From assembly GCA_965203905.1 (NCBI GenBank), contig CBDBDQ010000005.1, positions 320,001 to 384,000 on the forward strand: a stretch of DNA of 64,000 bases. Direction: 5' to 3'. The translations under genes were made by a program, and so were the position numbers. A model generated the notes under the pieces. It was not told where the DNA came from. It did no database searches and saw nothing but the letters and a program-made list of their open reading frames with translations. Below, one piece after another: positions 58,783 through 64,000 of the stretch (the stretch's first letter is position 1; the number at the start of each line of letters is the position of its first letter). The stretch comes from Spirochaetia bacterium (GTDB lineage Bacteria > Spirochaetota > Spirochaetia > SZUA-6 > Bin103).

Positions 58783-59778
58783 ATGAGTAAGCGAGAGCCG
58801 CAGCCCACGCCCGCGGGGCGCTGGGTGTCCTACCGCCCGGAGATCAAGGTGCTGGACTGCACCATCCGGGACGGCGGCCTGATGAACGATCACCAGTTCA
58901 CCGACGAGACCGTACGCGCGGTCTACGATGCCTGCGTCGCCGGCGGCGTCGACTACATGGAAATCGGCTACATCAACTCCCGCGTGCAGTTTCCCCCCGG
59001 CGAGAATGGCCCCTGGAAACACTGCCAGGAGGAGGATGTCCGCCGCATCGTGGGGGACAACGACACGCCTCTGAAGCTGTCCGCCATGGCCGACGCCGAG
59101 AAGAGCGACTACAAGGAGGACGTCCTGCCCAATTCGGAGAGCGTGCTGGACATGATCCGCGTCGCCACCTACATCCACCAGATTCCCCTGGCCCTGGACA
59201 TGATCAAGGACGCCCACGACAAGGGCTACGAGACCTCGCTCAACCTGATGGCCCTCTCCACGGTGCCCGAGCGCGAGCTGAACGAGGCGCTGCACCTGGT
59301 CGCCCGGTCCGAGGTGGAGGTGATCTGCATCGTCGACAGCTTCGGCGCGCTCTACGGCGAACAGATCGACGACTACATGGACAAGTTCCTCAGCTACGCC
59401 ACGGCGGCCGGCAAGGAGGTGGGGATGCACGCCCACAACAACCGGCAACTGGCCTTCGCCAACACCATCCAGGCCACCATCCGGGGGGCCAACCGGCTCG
59501 ACGCCAGCATGGCGGGGCTGGGGCGCGGCGCCGGCAACTGCCCCATGGAGCTGCTGCTGAGCTTCCTGCACAACCCCAAGTTCCGGCTGCGGCCGGTGCT
59601 GCACTGCGTCCAGCATGCCATCGAACCGCTGCGCGAGGACCTGAAGTGGGGTTACGACTACCCCTACATGATCACCGGTGTGCTCAACCAGCATCCCCGC
59701 GCCGGGATGAGGTTCAACGACTCGGAGCACCGCGGCGACATCATACGCTTCTACGATTCCCTCGAGGAAGAGAACTGA
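58783..59778 (+). CDS. HMGL-like / DRE-TIM aldolase (4-hydroxy-2-oxovalerate aldolase-like)
   Basis: DCTIRDGG, VDSFG, HAHNN, GLGRGAGNCPME. Confidence 0.85.
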   Translation: MSKREPQPTPAGRWVSYRPEIKVLDCTIRDGGLMNDHQFTDETVRAVYDACVAGGVDYMEIGYINSRVQFPPGENGPWKHCQEEDVRRIVGDNDTPLKLSAMADAEKSDYKEDVLPNSESVLDMIRVATYIHQIPLALDMIKDAHDKGYETSLNLMALSTVPERELNEALHLVARSEVEVICIVDSFGALYGEQIDDYMDKFLSYATAAGKEVGMHAHNNRQLAFANTIQATIRGANRLDASMAGLGRGAGNCPMELLLSFLHNPKFRLRPVLHCVQHAIEPLREDLKWGYDYPYMITGVLNQHPRAGMRFNDSEHRGDIIRFYDSLEEEN

Positions 59779-59808
59779 CCGGGCCGGCGCAATTCGACCC
59801 GGGACCGC

Positions 59809-60914
59809 TCAACTGACCACCGGCACGCCGTCCGCCCGGCGCCGGTGCGGGGTATTGTGGTTGCCGGCCAGGAGGTCGGCCGCCGTCCGCCCAGCTTGCC
59901 ATGGCGGATCACGCCGTAGCGGATCCGTCCTTCGTCGGCGAAGGGACGCACCTCGGGCAGGTCGATCCAGATCCGCAGCAGCAGCCGCTTGCGCGACTCC
60001 TCGGCTACCGGCTCGTGGCTGGCGCGGCCGTGGAACACGGTGTAGTTGTTGCACCACACGATGTCGCCCGGGTGCAGCGGAAAGGCGAAGCTGTGGGCCG
60101 CGGCCGTGGCCTGGATGAAGTCGAAGATCTCCTGCTCCTCCTCCGTGAGGGGGACATCGGAGCGCTCACGCCCGCGCTTGATCCAACTGCTGTTGAAGCG
60201 GCAGCTCACCCTCCCCTGCGCCACGCTGAATGCCGGCACCAGGTACTCGGACACCGGGGCCTCGCCCCGCGCCTCCTCCTCGGCGCGGTTCCACACGAAT
60301 CCACGATACAGCCGCGGCAGCCACTCGGGGTGGTGGCGCAGCAGCTCGTTGTAGACCGTCATCGAGCTGGCGACGTGGCTGTGCGGGTCGTCAGGGGCCT
60401 GGCGCACGCAGTAGAGCCCAACGCAGTCCGCCAGGTCCACGTGCAGCTTGACCTTGCCCGGGTTGCCCACGCCGCGGGTACCCTGCTGCGGGCGCAGTTT
60501 GCCGTCGGTCACGTAATGCAGCAGGCCCGCCTCGCTGTTCTGGGTGACCCCGGTCCCGAGGTGCGTATTCAGCCCCCAGTACAGTTTTTCCAGGGCATCC
60601 AGCGCGTGACCGCCGGTGGGTACGCCGTGCAGGACCGCCATGCCGCGACCGTCCCGCAACTGGTGCTGGATAGCGCGCAGGGTGTCCTCCAGAGCCGGTA
60701 GCGGGAATCGCTCCCGGGTGATCTCGGGGAGTGTCAGCCCCTGTTGCTCGACACGCCGCAGTGCCGTCTCGACCTCGTCCTGCTGGCCCCGGCTCAAGCG
60801 AAACTCCCATGAGCGGTCGCGTTCCAGGTCGGCGCCGCTCCAGGCACTCGGCTCCGTGACCGGCTGTATCCAAGGAGTCGCGGCCGTGGCCGGGCCGGGC
60901 CGCGTGCCGCTCAC
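59809..60914 (-). CDS. TauD/TfdA-family Fe(II)/2OG dioxygenase; probable frameshift near 59888
   Basis: AWSGADL, LHVD, NNYTVFHGR, RLLLRIW; a C-terminal TAADLLAG...GVPVVS reads in another frame. Confidence 0.82.
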
Positions 60915-61603
60915 TCGACCGCCTTGTCGGACAGACCGAAGCGGCGGCGCAGCCCCTCCAGCGTGAATTCTTCGCCGCGCACGAAGTCGATCATCTCCTG
61001 CTCCTGGGCGGTGATCTTCGCCGCCGCCTGCGGGACCCGGTCGGCGATCTCCAGCGGAATCTTCACGACCCCGTTCTCGTCGCCGTGAATCAGGTCGCCG
61101 GGCAGCACCTCCACCTCGCTGACCACCACCGGCAGGTTCACGTCGACCACCTGGTAGCGGCCGTGCGCCGGCGTCATGCCGGGCGCGAAGTAATGGAACC
61201 CGAACGGGCGCACCCCCTCCAGGTCGCGGATACCGCCGTCGGTGACCAGGCCGATGGCGCCGAGCGCGTGCGCGGTGTTCGCCATCACGTCGCCGCAGTG
61301 GCAGGAGTGGGAGTTGCGCGGCGAGAGGTCCTTGAACACCAGCACCGCCGGCTTGGGCGCGGCCGCGACCGCCTCCCACAGGCGCATCATCGGCGCCCGG
61401 CTCTGTTGCCGCGACGGGGTCATGGAGTCGACGGTGGCGGTCACGGCGTAGCCGAGCATCACCCCCAGCTCCGGGAACTGGCAGCGGATCTCCCAGCCCA
61501 TGAACCCCTCCGAATCGCGCCGCACCTCGAACGGCTCAATGGCGTTGCAGATGGTGGGCGTGTCGATCTTCCTGAGGGCCTCGAACTGTTCCGGCGTAAG
61601 CAT
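60911..61603 (-). CDS. RraA/HMG-aldolase family protein
   Basis: DTPTICNAIE, GYAVT, GDVM, VTDGGIRD, PGDLIHGDENGVV. Confidence 0.88.
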   Translation of the reverse strand: MLTPEQFEALRKIDTPTICNAIEPFEVRRDSEGFMGWEIRCQFPELGVMLGYAVTATVDSMTPSRQQSRAPMMRLWEAVAAAPKPAVLVFKDLSPRNSHSCHCGDVMANTAHALGAIGLVTDGGIRDLEGVRPFGFHYFAPGMTPAHGRYQVVDVNLPVVVSEVEVLPGDLIHGDENGVVKIPLEIADRVPQAAAKITAQEQEMIDFVRGEEFTLEGLRRRFGLSDKAVE

Positions 61604-61683
61604 GCCGGCAGCATGACCTACCAGGGCACGAGGGCCAAGACCCGGACCGGATCTTGCGTGGTGGGCTGTGCGATCGGCGGCCG

Positions 61684-62245
61684 TTACGCCCCAGCTCCGC
61701 GGCGCCCCTGGTACGTCTGCCGCAAGAGCCAGGCACTGGTCCTGCCGGAGAGGTAGTCGCGTACCGGGCGGTGGTCCGCGTCGTCCCAGAGATTGTTCAC
61801 CCCCCGGGGGTCGCGCTCCAGGTCGTAGAGTTCGCCCTGGGCCGCGTCCGCTGCACCGGAGCGCCGCCAGAGGTTCAGCTTCCATCGCTCCTGGCGCCAC
61901 ATGGTACCGAGCATCGCCTCGCCGTCGTAGCCGTTGGCCGACAGGGTGTCGCGCCCCATGTGCATTGCCGTTGCATACCCGCGGCGCCGGAGCGCATCGA
62001 CGTCGAACACGTTGATCCCGTCCGGCATCCATGACCGCACCTGCCCCCGGTCGACACCGGCCTCCAGCAGACAGGTGGCAGCCAGGTCATGCAACTGACA
62101 GAGCGCGTCCACCGACCCGCCCGCCGGCCAATCCGCCGCCGAGTCCGGGCGGCGGATAATGAGCGGCACCCGCGTGCAAGCCTCGTAGAAGAACGGCCCC
62201 TTCGCCCAGATGCCATGGTCTCCGATCATGTCGCCGTGGTCGCTG
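61684..62245 (-). pseudogene. C-terminal fragment of a sulfatase
   Basis: Begins at SDHGDMIGDHG..KG..FYE..RVPLII; GELYDL..DP; catalytic N-terminal half absent. Confidence 0.8.
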
Positions 62246-62353
62246 GGTGGTTCCAGTATGGGTTGTGAGGATCGAAGACTCCGCAGCAGAGGAAAAACGG
62301 TTTCGCCGGATCGCGTCCCTTGGTTAGGAACTCGTTGCAGCGTTCGGCGGCCC

Positions 62354-63162
62354 AGGTTGTGCGAGCCTCACGGGCCGCACAACGCGGTGGGGCTGGACGC
62401 GCTCAAGGCACACGCCATCGCCTGCCGCGCCGCCCGGGAGGGTGGGGGCATTGTCGCGCCGCCGGACTACTGGCACGTCCATGAGGTGGCCGGCTACGGC
62501 GCCTGGGGTCATGCGAGCGTCGGCGACGTGGCTCGCACTTGGCTGACCGCAGTGCCGCCGTGGGTGCACTTTCGCAACGTCTGCTACCATATCCGCGCCG
62601 CCGAGATGCAGGGGTTCCACGCCGCCATTCTGATGACCGGCCATTACGGCCCGAATTGGCGCGACCTCAAGCTCCTGGTGGAGCGTATCCAGCCGGAGGT
62701 AGCCGTGCGGCTGTACGCGCTGCCCGACTTCGAGGCTAACGAGCCGGGCTTCGACCGCGATGGAGACTCCGGAGGCGACCACGCCGGCCGGGTGGAGACA
62801 TCGCTACTGTGGGCGCTGGAGCCGGAATGCGTGGACGTATCACGATTGCCCGGCGCCGACTTACCGGGGCCGCATTTTGCCATGGGGCCCGACGCCCGGC
62901 AGGCGAACCGGGGCACGGGCGAGCGTATGGCTGCCGACGAGGTGCGGTGGCTGGTCGCAAGGGGCACGAGCTCCTGGCGGACTGGCAACCGGCTGCACGG
63001 GGACTGAACAGCTTCGCGGACGTCGAGCGCTTCTGGCGGGAGCGGATGGAGCCGTACATCGACGATCTCGCGTCGATGCAACTGCACCCCACGCGTCCCG
63101 ACGTACCCGAGTCGTCGTCCTGGCACCCCAACCGGCGGGTGCGCGGCCGCGCCGGAATCTGA
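62354..63162 (+). pseudogene. Creatininase-family amidohydrolase, 5'-truncated, frameshift near 62960
   Basis: LCEPHGPHNAVGLD, TGHYG, DHAGRVETS; continues as GHELLADWQ in the shifted frame. Confidence 0.75.
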
Positions 63163-63251
63163 GAGTATGGACGATCGGTGCCCGACCAATAGATCTGGTC
63201 GTTCCTGACAAGCCGGGGATCAGAGGATCGTTTCAGTGCCAGCCACCGTCT

Positions 63252-63297
63252 CGGGTCGCTCGGGTCGAACCGGGTCGAAACCGGGTCGAACCGGGTC
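63252..63297. repeat. Five tandem CGGGTC(GAAC) repeats, 9-11 bp period
   Basis: CGGGTC at 63252, 63261, 63271, 63282, 63292. Confidence 0.9.
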
Positions 63298-63307
63298 CCG
63301 GGAGCGG

Positions 63308-63336
63308 TTGTCCACAACGGCGGTGAGATGTATAGT
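63308..63336 (+). promoter_or_regulatory. sigma70 promoter of the SBP gene
   Basis: TTGTCC, 17 nt, TATAGT. Confidence 0.65.
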
Positions 63337-63410
63337 CATTGGTTCAGTCTGCGGTGCCTCGTGGATGGAACGGATCATCTCGAGCACCGCCGAGCAAACA
63401 AGGAGTAGTC

Positions 63411-64000
63411 ATGAGAACTACCGTACTGATCGCGGCGGCGCTGATGATAAGCGTCGCGGTTGCATTTTCCGGCGGAACCGGCGAGGGCGCCAGTCAGACC
63501 AGCGAGGCCGGCGCTGCTGCCCAGGGCCAGGCGTTGGGCCTGTATCCCGAGTACTTCCAATTCGCCACCCTTTCCGAGTTCGAGCAGGTAACGGGCAACA
63601 CCATAGCCCAATTCGGCGAGGCTCCGATGCTGGCGGAAATGGTTGCGCGCGGCGAGTTGCCTCCCGTGGAGGAACGGCTTCCCGAGGAGCCTCTGGTCAT
63701 CGTCCGCAATGAGATCGGCAAGTACGGCGGCACACTGAGAACGGCGCATGACGGGACAGCCACCGACGTGATTCTGACCGTGAACAAGTTCATGGAACAG
63801 ATGCCCTACACGTTCGATCCCGACTACGACCGTGTCGGCCCGAACATCTTGCAGGAAAGCGAGCTGATCGGAGGCGGCGACCAGTTCATCTGGCACCTGC
63901 GCAAGGGCATGCGCTGGAGCGACGGCGAGCCGATGACCGCCGACGACTACATGTTCTGGTACGAGGCGGTAGCCACCAACAAGGAGCTGCAGCCAAACGG
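63411..64000 (+). CDS. Family-5 ABC solute-binding protein, N-terminal part (runs off window)
   Basis: AAGGAG RBS; MRTTVLIAA signal peptide; EAPMLA...GELPPVEERLPEEP, IGKYGG, LRKGMRWSDGEP.TADD. Confidence 0.9.
   Translation, partial: MRTTVLIAAALMISVAVAFSGGTGEGASQTSEAGAAAQGQALGLYPEYFQFATLSEFEQVTGNTIAQFGEAPMLAEMVARGELPPVEERLPEEPLVIVRNEIGKYGGTLRTAHDGTATDVILTVNKFMEQMPYTFDPDYDRVGPNILQESELIGGGDQFIWHLRKGMRWSDGEPMTADDYMFWYEAVATNKELQPN

Noticed and set aside
63252-63297. Possible CRISPR array (also 38961-39000)
   Set aside because: Units of 9-11 bp with no spacers, and no cas genes in the window

Overview
High-GC bacterial chromosomal window with no rRNA, tRNA or CRISPR array detected. The solute-binding protein (SBP) signal peptides ('...FATGQAA', '...AGGEGEAAA') and the expansion of PhyH/TauD dioxygenases, sulfatases, BNR-fold glycosidases and ABC importers resemble host-associated (e.g. 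sponge) Spirochaetota; this taxonomy is inference. Housekeeping genes are lpd and E2 of a 2-oxoacid dehydrogenase, thrC, cdd, lipA, dus and proS. Accessory content: a CPA2 antiporter paired with a PTS-EIIA/PII-like fusion; VapBC next to a BsuBI/PstI-type R-M pair; an RNA ligase; and a lower-GC island (GH116 plus Opp/Dpp-type importer) hit by ISAzo13, IS110 and decayed IS fragments. It also has two divergent paralogous carbohydrate-ABC/sialidase-like operons, a third carbohydrate ABC operon, and an ABC-ATPase with a decayed DUF4276-like partner. The top observation is the IS110 left non-coding end, which carries exact copies of both its left flank (TTGTCAAG, the antisense of a TTGACA -35 box) and its right end (TAAGGAG), as expected for bridge-RNA guides with an AG core. 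Also notable: the EIIA-PII/CPA2 module, an ISAzo13 whose inverted repeat supplies a replacement start codon for the gene it interrupts, a 20-bp bidirectional leaderless promoter, and phased GACCC repeats upstream of two SBP promoters.
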